DNA from: Chiloscyllium plagiosum
Taxonomy: Eukaryota
Direction of reading: 5' to 3'
DNA length: 64,000 nt
Assembly: GCF_004010195.1 (NCBI RefSeq)
Contig: NC_057719.1
Span: 53,625,282-53,689,281 of the forward strand
The notes below the pieces were generated by a model. The model was not told the DNA's origin, ran no database searches, and saw nothing but the letters and a program-made list of their open reading frames with translations. Shown here piece by piece: positions 38,150-51,379 of this stretch. The number at the start of each line of letters is the position of its first letter. Positions within the stretch are counted from its first letter, which is position 1. A program made the translations under genes and the position numbers.

Positions 38150-39120
38150 AAAGATGATTTAAAGAAATCATCGTGCTTTGTGGACACGGACCTTGAGATC
38201 CTGATGGATAGGATGGTACACAGGAGGCTGTCCAATTCCTCCTGGGCAGGCAGTGGAGGGCACAACTCTAGACACTAACAGCTGATCCAAGGTTGCTGTC
38301 TAGGCCAATGCGGTCTCTTGGTGTGGAGAAATGCCCTGCACCTTAAGGAAAAAGGATAATAATGTCCTCTGTTCTGTCAGGATAAATGCCATCAACTTCT
38401 CTCTGCTAACTCATACTCGATCTCTGCTACTGTACCCACCATCAACCATATCCAATGCCCTTTTACTCCTTACTATTGCATCCAACATCTTTCCTTATTT
38501 GCTCTCAATTACCCAACCCCCTCAAACCAATATTGTACATGCCCTCTGTACCTCCTACTCACTCACTTGGAACATCTCTCCCCCATCAGCACTAACAACT
38601 ACATCTCACTCTTTCACATTGTTCACGCTCTCCGTTTTTGTCAGTTCAGGAGAAAATTGACCATAATGGGGCCAAAGGAGCCACAAAGAGCATTTAAGTG
38701 ACTGACATTTATTTCTTCATCCCCTTTGAGGACATTGATCCTGAACAACCTGAGAGACTGATTTGCCAAAATTCCTGAACTTAGATTGGAGGCTGCCCTT
38801 GATTTACTGTGACAGAACCCTCTGACTGAAGATCTCTTCATGTGACTGACTACTACTCCCCTCTGACGATAGAACATGCCCACTTGCTTGAAGCACATGC
38901 TACTGGCATATAATGCAGCTGTAACACTGATACAGCATGCCAATGTGCAGCTACATCTGTGCCCTCTTGACAGGAGTCTGCTGACAACATAACAATCTTC
39001 CTGATTTTGTGTCTGCACTAAAAGGCAAGGTTGAGATACTGTGAACATTCAAGTAGCTGCATGATGAGTGAACAGTAAAAAATCAGCAAGCGGGCCTGAG
39101 ATGAATCCTGGTCCAAACAA
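38150..39120 (+). pseudogene. Decayed Myb/SANT-like (NAIF1/MSANTD-type) gene, probably Harbinger ORF2
   Basis: SCFVDTDLEILMDRMVQQE..., C-rich intron-like tract, then QEKIDHN. Confidence 0.55.
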
Positions 39121-39139
39121 TGAGCTTGGTACCTGTCCT

Positions 39140-39540
39140 TATTGATGGCACTGGATACTGCAAAAGCAATGAGACCTGACAACATTCCAGCAACTGTACT
39201 GCAGATGTGCTCCAGAACTTGTCATGCCCCTAACCAAATTGATCCAGTACACAATTGGCATCTACATGAAACTGTGGATAATTGTCCAGATATGTTCCAT
39301 AACCAAAAGTTGAATAAATGCAAACCAATCAATTCCCACCCCACATCAGTAAAGTAATAGAAGGAGTCACCAACAGTGCTGTCAAGGAGTACTGGCTTAG
39401 CAATAACCTGCTCACTAATACTCAGGTTGGGTTCTGCCAGAGTGTCTCAGACATGGACGAAAGAGCTGAATCCCAGAAGGGAGGTGAGAGGGACAGCCTT
39501 GGACATCATGGCTGTACTTGACCAACTGTGGCATCAAGGT
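39140..39540 (+). mobile_element. Second LINE family fragment
   Basis: ALDTAKAMRPDNIPATVL; homologous to 32480-32910. Confidence 0.75.
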
Positions 39541-40034
39541 TTCGTTTTAGGGGCTTTGTGATCACCGTAATCTCTGAGCAGTCAATGATATTTTTTGTAG
39601 AATGTTTCTGATAGTTTATTGAGAAGCAGCAGCTTAGATACAGTACATGGGCTAATTAGATAGTGTGATAATTCCTACATGGCCCATAGAGAATCATTAA
39701 TTCAGCAATAAATTATGTTCCTTTCTAGTTGGGTTTTCTGAGTTAATAAATATAGAGAAAGGAAATATATGACCTGTGACAGACTGGATAGCTTTACTGA
39801 TCCCAGAAAATTCTGTAAGATTGAGGGGTACAGGCAGCACACTCCTTCATCCCAGTGTCCCAGGTTTGTTTGTGGTAGTCTTTGGGGGCAGGCCTTGGTG
39901 GTTTCAGTACCTACAGCCTTTGAAGTGATTTGACTTATTATTGTTACATGTACCAAGATACAGTAACAAGTTCCTCCCTCAAACTGATGTAGGGGAACTT
40001 CTGGTCTTCCTCATCAGGCTGATATAGTGAAACT

Positions 40035-40213
40035 AAGTAAAAACAATGACTGCAGATGCTGAAAACCAGATTCTAGATTAGAGTGGTGCTGGAAAAGCAC
40101 AGCAGTTCAAGCAGCATCCAAAGAGCAGGAAAATCGACGTTTCGGGCAAAAGCCCTGCTCCTCGGATGCTGCCTGAACTGCTGTTCTTTTCCAGCACCAC
40201 TCTAACCTAGAAT
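40035..40213. mobile_element. Fold-back Penelope terminus with 16-bp TSD
   Basis: Inverted arms at about 40067-40129 and 40154-40216 around a truncated hammerhead (gggcttttgcccgaaacgtc on minus); TSD ctga(t/c)atagtgaaact at 40019-40034 and 40214-40229. Confidence 0.85.
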
Positions 40214-40419
40214 CTGACATAGTGAAACTCCTGGTCCGACCTCGGTCACCTTAATGATGCTTATGACCTCTCCACTGTTTTCATGTAGAGATGTGTTCAC
40301 ATTTGCAGAAGGCTAGTTACTAATGTGTAATGGTTAAATGAGGTCCCATTCTACACAAGAAAAAAATGGAATGCTAAGTTAAAGCTTGGTTTAGATAGGG
40401 CACCAATTGCCAATGAATG

Positions 40420-41850
40420 AATCCTAGCAAAACTGGAGTCAATAGGAGTCAGGAAAATCTCTCCACCCATTGCAGATACACTGAAAATTGTTGTGCTTAT
40501 GAGAGGTCAGTCATCTCAGCTACAGAACATCTCTGCAGGAGTTCCTCAGGATAGTGTCCTAAACCCAACTATCTTCAGCTGCTTCATCAATGACCTTCCC
40601 TCAAGCGTAAGGTTAGAAGTGGGGATGTTCACTAATGATTATGTTCAGCACCATTAACAACTCCTCAAATACCAAATCACTCCATGTTCAAATTCAGTAA
40701 GAGCTGAACAATATCTAGATTTTTTTTGCTAGAAAAGTGGCAATTAACATTTACACCACACAAGTGCCAGGCAATGAACATCTCCAACAAGAGAGAATCA
40801 AATCATTGCTCTTTGATGTTCATTGATATTATAATCACTGAATCTCCAGCATCACCATCTTGAGAGGGAGGCAATGGCCTATTGGTATTATCACTAGTCT
40901 ATTAATGCAAAGACCCTGGTAATGTTCTGGAGACCTGGGTTCAAAACCCACTGACGGCAGATGGTGGTGTTTGAATTTAGTAAACATCTGAGATTTGAAG
41001 TCGAATGATGACTAAGAATCCATTTTGATCTGCCAGAGGAAGTGGTGGAGGTTGGTACAATTGCAACATTTAAGAGGCATTTGGATGGGTATATGAACAG
41101 GAAGGGTTTGGAGGGATATGGGCCGGGTGCTGGCAGGTGATACTAGATTGGGTTGGGATATCTGGTCGGCATGGATGGGTTGGATCGAAGGGTCTGTCTC
41201 TGTGCTGTACATCTCTATGATCTATGACAGTTACCATGACCAGAAACTAAACTGGACAAGCTATATACATACTATAGCTACAAGAATAGTTCAGAGGCTA
41301 GGAATCCTGCAATAAGCAACTCACCTTATGGCTTCCCATAAAACTGTATACCATATACAAGGCACAAATTAGGAATGTGATGAAATATACTACACATGCC
41401 CAGATGAGTACAGCTCCAACAATACTCAAGACACCTAGCACCATCCAGACCAAAGCAGCCTACTTGAGTGGCAACATATCCACAAACATTCACTCCCTTT
41501 CCTACTGAAGTGTGTACCAGCTGCACGATGAAGTGCAGAAATTCTCAAAGCTCCAAAGACAACACCTTCTACAACCACCACCATTTAGAAGGACAAGGGC
41601 AACACATATATGGGAATACCAATATGTTTAAGTTCTCCTCCAAACCACACACCTCCCTGACTTGGAAAAGTAGTGCTGTTCCTTTGGTGTCATTGGGTTC
41701 AAAATCCTAATTCCTTTCCTAACAGCATTGGAGGGATACCTACTGGAAATAGACTGCATTGATTTGAGAACACAGCTCATCACCACCTTCTCCACTAAGG
41801 AAGGACAATCAACTGTGGCCCAGCCAGCAATGCTCAAATCCCATGAATGA
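40420..41850 (+). mobile_element. Second LINE family, 3' half, with nested SINE head (40865-41022) and CR1 tail (41025-41228)
   Basis: ggagttcctcaggatagtgtccta...ttcatcaatgacct RT motif; 3' tail ggcccagccagcaatgctcaaatcccatgaatgaa. Confidence 0.82.
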
Positions 41851-41979
41851 ACAAACAAAAGGCTTATAAAGTTGTTCAAAAAGGTTGGACACCTGAAGAT
41901 TAGAAGAATTTTAAAACTCAACAATTGAAGTGCAAGAAATTGATAAAGAGAGAACAGAATGTGCATGTATATTATGTAA

Positions 41980-42780
41980 AAAAGAAAAGACTAGCAAAGA
42001 CAAATGTACATACAGTTACAGGAAAACTTTGGATAAATAGAGAAATGACAAGGAAACTTGGTACGTTGTATCTGTCTTCATTGAGAAGTAAGTAAGATCC
42101 AAGAGTTTAGTGAAAGGGTGGAACTGAAATAAATTAGTATTAATAAAAAAAAAGTATATTTGGAAAAATTAATGGGAGTGTAAGTTAATATTGCCAGGAC
42201 CTGATTATCTTCATCATTGAGTGTTGAAAGCTTTGATTACAGAATATGGTGACTATCTTTCATAACTCCATTAATTTTACTAATTCTGCAGAAGAGTACC
42301 TCAAGATCCCTTTGAGCTTCCTTGTGTTCTACTGTTCATTGAATACTTATTTGCATAGTTACTTCTTCCAAAGTGCATCATCTCATATTTATCAGTATTC
42401 TTGAATAGAATGTTTCTGTCCCACAGAGCAAAGTGGTAGTGTTAAGTCTGCTTCAAAGGTATGACATGAATTAAGGGCATTAAATGTCAGTGGGGGATAT
42501 TTTAGGGAAAGTGATGATAATATCATATGACTTAGGTCAGCAGTGCTAAAGGACAATAAGCAATCGTTAATTTAAAACAAACTACCTCAATTTATCTCAG
42601 TGGAATGAGAACAGATTAGCCCCTGCTGATTTTGAATCATGCTTTGGGAAACAAAATTTTACACAATATGCTGGCTATAAGGCTAGTTTGTGTACAGTCA
42701 TGGCACATTCACAAAACAGTGAAAGGTTGGACAACTAATACCAAAACTGCCTGGATGATGATACAGACTAAGCTGCAGCA
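41980..42780. mobile_element. Very old CR1 fragments
   Basis: gccaggacctgat (SPGPD-like) and ttagggaaaagtgatgataat (SDHN-like) remnants. Confidence 0.4.
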
Positions 42781-42949
42781 GAAAATTGAGCCTTTATGTT
42801 GATTGATAAAGCCCAGGATTTTGTATACCTTCATAGTCACTTTTCAACTTGACCCTCCACCATATACTTTCCTGGACTCTCTTTGTTTCTGTAACCTGTT
42901 TAAGACTGTAGTTTTTAGGTTATATATCTCCTCCTCATTCTTCCTGTCA

Positions 42950-43420
42950 AAATGGACACAAGCTGAGGAACTGAATCCAGAGGTGAGGAGAACTAACCTT
43001 GACATCAAGGTAACATAAATCAAAGAGCCTTAATAAATTTCAAGTCAATGGGCATCACAGGTAAAATACTCTAATGATAGGAGTCATTCCAAACGCAAAG
43101 GATAATGGTTATGGTTGTTGGAGATTAATCATCTTCAGTCCAAATATCACTTTTAGAAATACCTCAAGATTGTATTCTAGGCAAAAGTGAGGACTGCAGA
43201 TGCTGGAAGCCAGAGTTAAGATCAGAGTGGTGCTGGAAAAGCACAGCAGGTCAGGCAGCATCTGAAGAGCAGGAAAATCGATGTTTCGGGCAAAAGCCTT
43301 TCATCAGGAATAAAGGCAGGGAGCCTCCAGGGTGGAGAGATAAACTAGTATACTAGGCCTAGCCAGCTTCACCAGCTTTACTGGTGACCTTCCCTACAAC
43401 ATAGTGGGAATGTTCATCAT
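42950..43420 (+). mobile_element. Second LINE family fragment
   Basis: atggaca...ctgaatccagaggtgag...cttgacatcaagg, homologous to 32835-33130. Confidence 0.65.
43183..43347 (-). mobile_element. Penelope-terminus insertion with hammerhead motif (43276-43311)
   Basis: Minus strand attcCTGATGAaaggcttttgcccGAAAcATCgatt; TSD gtat(t/a)ctaggc at 43172-43182 and 43348-43358. Confidence 0.82.
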
Positions 43421-44889
43421 TTATTACAATGGGTATGTACTTTCTTGTTGTTCAGGTGGTACCAAAGCAACAGAATAGGCATTCCACTTTAAAGAGGAAC
43501 TGTTATTTCACAGGAAAATGTCACAAGATCTCTTTTGCCCTTATAAATATGAAAGTGAACAATTAGTCAATGGCTCACTATAGGAGGACACAATAATGTC
43601 CCCTATCATAATATCTAGATAATTAAAATGATCTTTTATAGCACACTATATCTTCAAGGCAAAAGCTTACACTGCAACAGAGTAGTGCCATGGTAATGTG
43701 TGAGTTATGGATCTTTCATGTCTGTAAAACATTGGCGATACCTCACTGTCACTCGCAAAATATCCTTTGTGTAATCCCCTGTGTGTGAAACCAAATGGTA
43801 GAAATGTTTTATTTATCCTGGTTTACTATTCTCCCTGGCTGCACATCATAAATAGTCTCAAGTGTTTCTACGAATGTAAATCCTACATTTTTGCCGACAG
43901 TCAGAACAGAACAGTAAAAATAAGTTAGTAAAAATAAAGCTCCAACAAATCAAATGAGACTCCAATAGCATTAGGTTTAACAGATACTTCACACCTTTTT
44001 CTGCAATCTAAATTCCAAGGACACTGGTCTCACTCTTGTGTTAAATAAGTAGTTATATAATACTCACTTAAACTTTTTATATTGTAAATGACTCAACATT
44101 ATTCAAAGTATTCAATAATGTGGATTTAAAAGATAAAAGACATAGATTATAAGGAATTTAGGTATTTATGTTAAATGAAACTTAATACAAACTTAAATAA
44201 TTGCTTGAAAATTCCAAATAAAAATCTTAACATGTAAGGCAATACACATACCATATATAAAGGCCCAGCTTTTAACTGGGATAGGAATCCAATTGGGCAG
44301 GGACAAAATGAGCACTAGACTTACACCCCAATTAATAGAGCAAGACCAGGAAATTTTCTTTTCTGAGCTTTAGTTGTATGCTGTTGCTGAATGAGGTAAT
44401 AGTTCTGGAAGGGTTAGAACCTGAGATCACATTAGGCTCCATCCAACTGATGATACCACAGGTTTTAGCTGGAGAAAAAGTCTAACACGAGATCTTAATA
44501 GAGAAAGATGTGTTATCACGTGCTCCTGATGATCTTTGAATTGATGCCTATGTGGTAGGAATTTGTACCCATTCCAATCATTCAATAAATCAGATCTTGC
44601 AATGTTGGCAATTGCCTCTTCTCTTTGAGCACCAATTTTGGCTTCTCCTCCACTATTGCTAATTAGCTAGGTCCTGAGTCTCAGTGCAGGAAGGAAACAT
44701 AAACATAACTAGAAGATCCTGATCTGATTCTGGCTCCTAATCACATACCTGATTTCTATACTCAGGCAATGTTTATAATTGTAGTCTGGCCTTAATGTTA
44801 TAATTTGAACTCAATCTACATGTTCAAAAAAAAAGTCACCAATTTTCAGTTGGTATACTTGCTCAGGAAAACAACTTGAATTAAATGAC

Positions 44890-45000
44890 AAAGGCAAAAT
44901 AATGCAGCTGTTAGAAATTTGAAGTCAAAAAGGTGAAAATGCTGGAAGTACTCAGCAGATGTGGCAGAATGTGTGGAGAGAGAAACAGAGAGAAAGTTTT
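44890..45000 (-). mobile_element. Old Penelope-terminus fragment
   Basis: aaatgctggaagtactcagcagatgtggcagaatgtgtggagagagaaacagag resembles 53005-53080 and 61480-61550. Confidence 0.55.
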
Positions 45001-45110
45001 AATGAAATAAAATACATTGGGTGGAATCTTCCAGAGCCTTGAATGACTTAGACTATCATATGACATTTGGGAGAATCACGAGAGATCAAAAAGTGAGGCC
45101 TTTCTTGGTA

Positions 45111-47220
45111 TCATAGAGTCATAGAGATGTACAGCATGGAAACAGCCCTTCGGTCTAACCCATCCATGCTGACCAGATATCCCAACCCAATCTAGTCCCA
45201 CCTGCCAGCACCCGGCTCATATCCCTCCAAACCCTTCCTATTCATATACCCATCCAAATGCCTCTTGAATGTTGCAATTGTCCCCACCACATCCTCTGGG
45301 AGCTTATTCCATACACGTACCACCCTCTGCGTGAAAAAGTTGCCCCTTAGGTCTCTTTTATATCTTTCCCTCTCACCCTAAACCTATGCCGCCTAGTTCT
45401 GGACTCCCAGACCCCAACAAAAAGACTTTGTCTATTTATCCTATCCATGCCCCTCATAGTTTTGTAAATCTCGATAAGGTCACCCCTCAGCCTCCGACGC
45501 TCTAGGGAAAACAGTCCCAGCCTGTTCAGCCTCTCCCTGTAGCTCAGATCCTCCAACCCTGGCAACATCCTTGTAAATCTTTTCTGAATCCTTTCAAGTT
45601 TCACAACATCTTTCTGATAGGAAGGAGACCAGAATTATATGCAATATTCCAACAGTGGCCTAATCAATGCCTTGTACAGCCGCAACATGACCTCCCAACT
45701 CTGTTACTCAATACTCTAACCAATAAAGGAAAGCATACCAAACACCTTCTTCACTATTCTATCTACTGGCGACTCCACTTTCAAGGAGCTATGAACCTGC
45801 ACTCCAAGGTCTCTTTGTTCAGCAATACTCCCTAGGAGCTTATCATTAAGTGTATAAGTCCTGCTAAGATTTGCTTTCCCAAAATGCAGCACCTCACATT
45901 TATCTGAATTAAACTCCATCTGCCACTTCTCAGCCCATTGGCCCATCTAGTCCAGATCCTGTTGTAATCTGAGATGACCCTCTTCGCTGTCCACTACACT
46001 TCCAATTTTGGTGTCATCTGCAAACTTACTAACTGTACCTCTTATGCTCGCACCCAGATCATTTATGTAAATGACAAAAAGTAGAGGGCCCAGCACCGAT
46101 CCTTGTGGCACTTCAATGGTCACAGGCCTCCAGTCTGAAAAACAACCATCCACCACCACCCTCTGTCTTCTACCTTTGAGCCAGTTCTGTATCCAAATGG
46201 CTAGTTCTCCCTGTATTCCATGAGATCTAACCTTGCTAATCAGTCTTCCATGGGAAACTTTGTCGAACACCTTACTGAAGTCCATATAGATCACATCTAC
46301 TGCTCTGCCCTCATCAATCTTCTTTGTTACTTCTTCAAAAGACTCAATCAAGTTTGTGAGACATGATTTCCCACACACAAAGCCATGTTGACTATCCCGA
46401 ATCAGTCCTTGCCTTTCCAACTACATGTTCATCCTGTCCCTCAGGATTCCCTCCAACAACTTGCCCACCACTGAGGTCAGGCTCACTGGTCTATAGTTCC
46501 CTGGCTTGTCTTTGTCGCCCTTCTTAAACAGTGGCAGCACATTTGCCAACCTCTAGTCTTCTGGCACCTCACCTGTGACTATTGATGATACAAATATCTC
46601 AGCAAGAGGCCCAGCAATCACATCTCTAGCTTACCACAGTGTTCTCATGTATACCTGATCAGGTCCTTGGGATTTATCCACCTTTAACCGTTTCAAGACA
46701 TCCAGCACTTCCTCCTCTGTAATCTGGACATTTTGCAAGATGTCACCATCTATTTCCCTGCATTCTATATCTTCCATATCCTTTTCCATAGTAAATACTG
46801 ATGCAAAATATTCATTTAGTATCTCCCTATTTTCTGTGGCTCCACACAAAGCCACCTTGCTGATCTTTGAGGGGCCCTATTCTCTCCCTAGTTACCCTTT
46901 TGTCCTTAATATATTTGTAAAAACCCTTTGGATTCTCTTTAATTCTATTTGCCAAAGCTATCTCATGTCCCCGTTTTGCCCTCCTGATTTCCCTCTTAAG
47001 TCTACTCTTACTTTCTTTATACTCTTCTAAGGATTCACTCGATCTATCCTGTTTATACCTGACATATGCTTCCTTCTTTCTCTTAACCAAGCCCTCAATT
47101 TCTTTAGTGATCCAGCATTCCCTATACCTACCAGCCTCCCCTTTCACCCTGACAGGAATATGCTTTCTCTGGATTCTTGTTATCTCATTTCTGAAGGCTT
47201 CCCATTTTCCAGCCGTCCCT
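45111..47220 (-). mobile_element. Relatively young 5'-truncated CR1 LINE
   Basis: Full RT on minus (SQHGFVCGKSCLTNL..DFSKVFDKV..VPQGSVLGPLLF..KFADDTK) with few disruptions; (ctctatga)n tail. Confidence 0.95.
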
Positions 47221-47429
47221 CATATCAGAAGCAGCAAATTGCACAACTAAGTGCAAGACTCAAGATGATATATTCTTGTTAGTAAGTGGCAAGAGGCATT
47301 AAGACAGGGTTTATCATCGATTATCACCCTCAATAATACTTAAAATTGGTTCACTAATATGCAATTACCTATTCTACCACACTGCTGGTTATAAATGAGA
47401 TGCTGACAATTCCTGATAATTTCTAAGCT

Positions 47430-48680
47430 CACTGCTTATTCCTCCAGACCTCTATCTTGAAAACCAGGCACCAACATCTCAGGACACACTCCATGAATGA
47501 TGGCTGCATGCACCCAGCATCCATGAATGTTGACATCTCACACATGCCAGCCTCTCCACGCTTTCGCGGCACATCGCCCATCCGCATAACTATTCTTCTG
47601 CACCGTCCACGCTGCATTTTGGAGTGCACCAGCAACTATCATTGGAATGCTGCTGTAAGGACAGGGACCAAGCTCACAGTTTGGACTAGGCTGCATCTCA
47701 GAGCTGCTTACTTGCTCTCTTAGTACTCACTCATTTAATGCCTACTTGCCTTCTAACATCATTCCTGCCTCACCTTTTAGTGTTTTGCCCTCTCAACAAA
47801 TGCACTTTACTGTGTCTTGAGTTGATTTTTAGTTCAGACGCAAAACCAGGGAGCTTCTTGTCATATAATGGGGTGGGCATGCTGCTTTATGACACCAGGC
47901 AAAGTTAATTACACCTGGGCCACATGCCAGTAGCACATACCAGTATCACACTGCATATGTTTCAGGAAAATGGCCATGTCTCAAATTCTAAGGTGAGTAA
48001 TCCTTACTCAAATTAAGAGATACACTCCTCAGTCAATGGATCCCAGCACTAAGTCAAGATCCTCTCCTCATTTGGGGTCAAGAGCCAAATGTCAGACATT
48101 CCACAAACTCTTGGCTCTTTCTACCCTATTATGGGCCAGTTTCTTTTGGAATTAGAGAAAATGAGGGACTGAGTGAAATAGAAGGAGGTGGTACAGCTGC
48201 TAATGCTGGTGCAAGTGGGGGCAGTCTGGTAGGATGCCCTGAGGGAGTGAGTTGACAGAGCAGAAGCCATGCAAGATTAATGGTGTGGGGCAATTCAGTG
48301 GGTGAGAGTAAGTGAGGGAAAACTTTGCATTTAATAGTGAACGTGGTAGAGCATGAACCTTGCTGGGAGGTGTATCCAGTGGCAGAGGTAATGTGTGTGT
48401 GAGATTACAGAAAGAAGATGAATACACTTGCTCTGGTGGAGAAGAGTAGGTCATTGATTTTCTTGCAGCAGCGCTGGGTACCCACCCAAATGGTTGTGAC
48501 TGCACTGATCTGGGTGGCAATCTCAAACAGGCTGGCAGGATCTGGTTTCATATTCGGTTCTGATAGTCCTGTGGAAAGAAGATGTCCCTCTACTGCATAA
48601 CCAAGATCTCCAACTCCCTGTGCATAACATAGGTCATCAATTTGCCTTATCTGTTATATCTAGGGCAAACATCACAATCC
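47430..48680 (-). pseudogene. Decayed Myb/SANT-like gene (Harbinger ORF2 type)
   Basis: Minus strand 48430-48640: HRELEILVMQ*RDIFFPQDYQNRI*NQILPA / EIATQISAVTTIWVGTQRCCKKINDLLFSTR, followed by a C-rich intron-like tract. Confidence 0.65.
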
Positions 48681-49579
48681 ATGGAGGGCAGTTCCAAACT
48701 GACAGTACTTGAGCTGGGGTCACAATGACCTTCCAAACAAGGTGCTGGCACGAGCAATGCCAGTATATCATTGGAGCGGTGAATACTTCCAGCTCCAGTG
48801 AGTGCGAGAATCGGGCTAACATCAGATCAAAGAGGAAGCCATAGGGGTGGTGTACATATTTAATAAGTCAAGTTTGGATGATATCTCACAAACAGAAAGA
48901 AATGCTCCATAAAACCAGACAAAAATTACATCTAAAATATCATAAGGTTCAACTCAATGACATTGCAGTGGGATGTTAGGCAATAAATCACCTGATTAAT
49001 TTTAATGGCTCACTCTTGAACTTTTACCAAGGTGGACAAACTAAAATTGCCTCTTATAGTTCGAGAATTAACAACACCCTCGATTAAATCAGTGATTGGA
49101 CTAGTCACCAACCATTGCATCACAACATCCTCAACAAGAAATCTGAATTGTGTTTTTACAGCAAATGTATTTCACTAAATATTAAAAACGTGAAAAGTCA
49201 AGGTAAAATGCTATTCTGTTAGGAGCTGACAATATAAACAGAAGTGAGCACACAATAGTGAGAAACCAGTCACCAACAGCACTGTCATCACCATACACCT
49301 GAATGACTAATTGTGAAATCACTAAAATCAACAATGTCACATGTCATCTTCATTAGATGCCCCTTGGGGCTCTCAGCTTTTCAACCGTATGTATATGTTC
49401 AGATGTCAGAATAATATAACTGACAATGCCACAATTGTTTCACTTTTTTGGACAATATTAATGTTGCTTTTTCTACTCAACCCTCAGTGAAGCAAACTGG
49501 AGTGTTTTCCATGGTATAGGCAATATAGTTGGTCATTTGATATATTTAAGAAGAACTTAACAAGACTAAGTATTTCAGG

Positions 49580-50720
49580 CAGTCATAGATTTCTAGAATA
49601 GTTCAGCATAGATCAATTTAAAGCTGCACTGGCTTTTTCAAAGTTCAATCTATCTGAAATCCTCGCTCTTTCTCCCACATTGCACCCATTTTACTTTTTC
49701 AAGTATTTATGTGATTCCCTTTTGATAGTTGTGATTATACCAACCATTTCATCAGGCAGTGCATCCCATGTTCGAACCACATGCTGTTTCGTTCTCAGTT
49801 GGCTCATTTTTTTTGTTAAATTTCTTCCCCTATGGTTATGGATACTGGTTTAGATATTGAATCTATCTAAACTCTGATGATGTAAAACATTTTTTTTCAA
49901 ACATTCTTTTAAAAATCTTTATGTTGAGGAGGACCCCAGTTTCTCCAGTTTGTCAAGATAACTGAAATTCCTCAGTCCTGCAAATCTCTTCAGTATCCTT
50001 GCCAAGGCTTTCATCAAGAATTCTATGATTCTGAGTTGAAGTGAACATTTGAAACAAAACTCCAGCTGGGATTGAACAAGTCTTGTAAACCTGTTTAGCA
50101 TAACTTTCTGGCTTTTTGTTCTGTTTCTCCACTTAGGAAGTTTTGGATTACAAAGCTTTAGGAACTGCTTTGTTACTCTGAACTACCACCACCTACAATG
50201 CTCTTTGTGTCCATTCTGGAGGTATGGGCTTTGCTGGACAGCATTTACTACCCTCCACTAAATGTTTTTGAGGAGGTCACTCACAAACACTTCCAGGTCT
50301 CTTTTCTTGCATCTTTCTATGTTGATTGGTTACAGTTGTATTTTTATTCTCACCCTTTCTATTGAAAATAGTCCTCCTCTCATGTTTTTCTATTTTAGAT
50401 TTTATATACCATGAGTCTATCCACTCTGCCTTCCTGTCTATGTTCTCTTGAAAGTACCTCATTATTCTCTCTACTTTGAACCACTCTAGCAAGTTTTCTG
50501 ATTTCTTCATTTTTTTAAAAAAAGTCCTGTAGCTCCAAACCATATTGCATGTTAAAAATAGCAGTGGTCCTAGTTCTGAAACTTGGGAATGATACTGTTT
50601 ACTTTCCTCAATTCTGAAAAAAACATTCAAATACCATGACTCTGTGTTTTCTATCCTTCAGACGAGGTTATATCTGTACTGCCTCTTTTATTCCATGGGT
50701 TTTAGTTTTGCCAATGAGCA
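49580..50720 (-). mobile_element. Very old CR1 fragment
   Basis: Minus ORFs SELGPLLFL and RFAGLRNFSYLDKLEKLG. Confidence 0.6.
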
Positions 50721-51379
50721 TGATATGCAGAGTTCAATTATAACAAGTGGACATGGAATGGAGATCTAAAAGGACTAACTCAATATTCTTTCTGTAAAGG
50801 ACAGACTGACGTCAGATGCTTTCTTCTTGTCATTTTCGACAATAGCTAGACGATCCCTACCATCAATAGCTACTACTGCATTTTAAACTTATTTCAAAGA
50901 GGCAAAGTTTTGCAAAGGTGATGTTTGCTGCAGTCTCTGACCCAGTTACTCTGCACTGGGAAGCTCCAAACCACCCAAGAGCAGAATAGAAGATGTGGAG
51001 CTCTGGGGTAGTACATCTCAGGCCATTTCTCCTCTGTGTTACATTTGACATCATGAATGGCAACTGACTGGACTGGACCTTGCTCTTTCTTGACAAAACA
51101 TCAGTTTCACCAATTATCATGGAGTGTTTCACTCTGCAAGGTCTACTGAGCTGCGTCTCTGCTTCTTATCAAACTCGCCTCATTAACTATCAAAGAAGCC
51201 TCTTTCTGCCCCTCTCACTTAATTGTAGATACATTCTACATCCTACCCTTCCTGGACTCATTAGGAATCCATCCAAAGACCAGCTCCCTGGTGTCCACCC
51301 CATTGTTAAAAAGGTTACTATGTCCCAAATGAGCTCTAACATTCAAAAGCTGCATCAAAGGACAGTGATTCCAAAGAAG

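Noticed and set aside
45018..49033. Harbinger TIR pair bracketing the 47430-48680 Myb/SANT relic
   Set aside because: The putative ends (gggtggaatctt / aaaattgcctc) match too poorly and there is no clear TSD.
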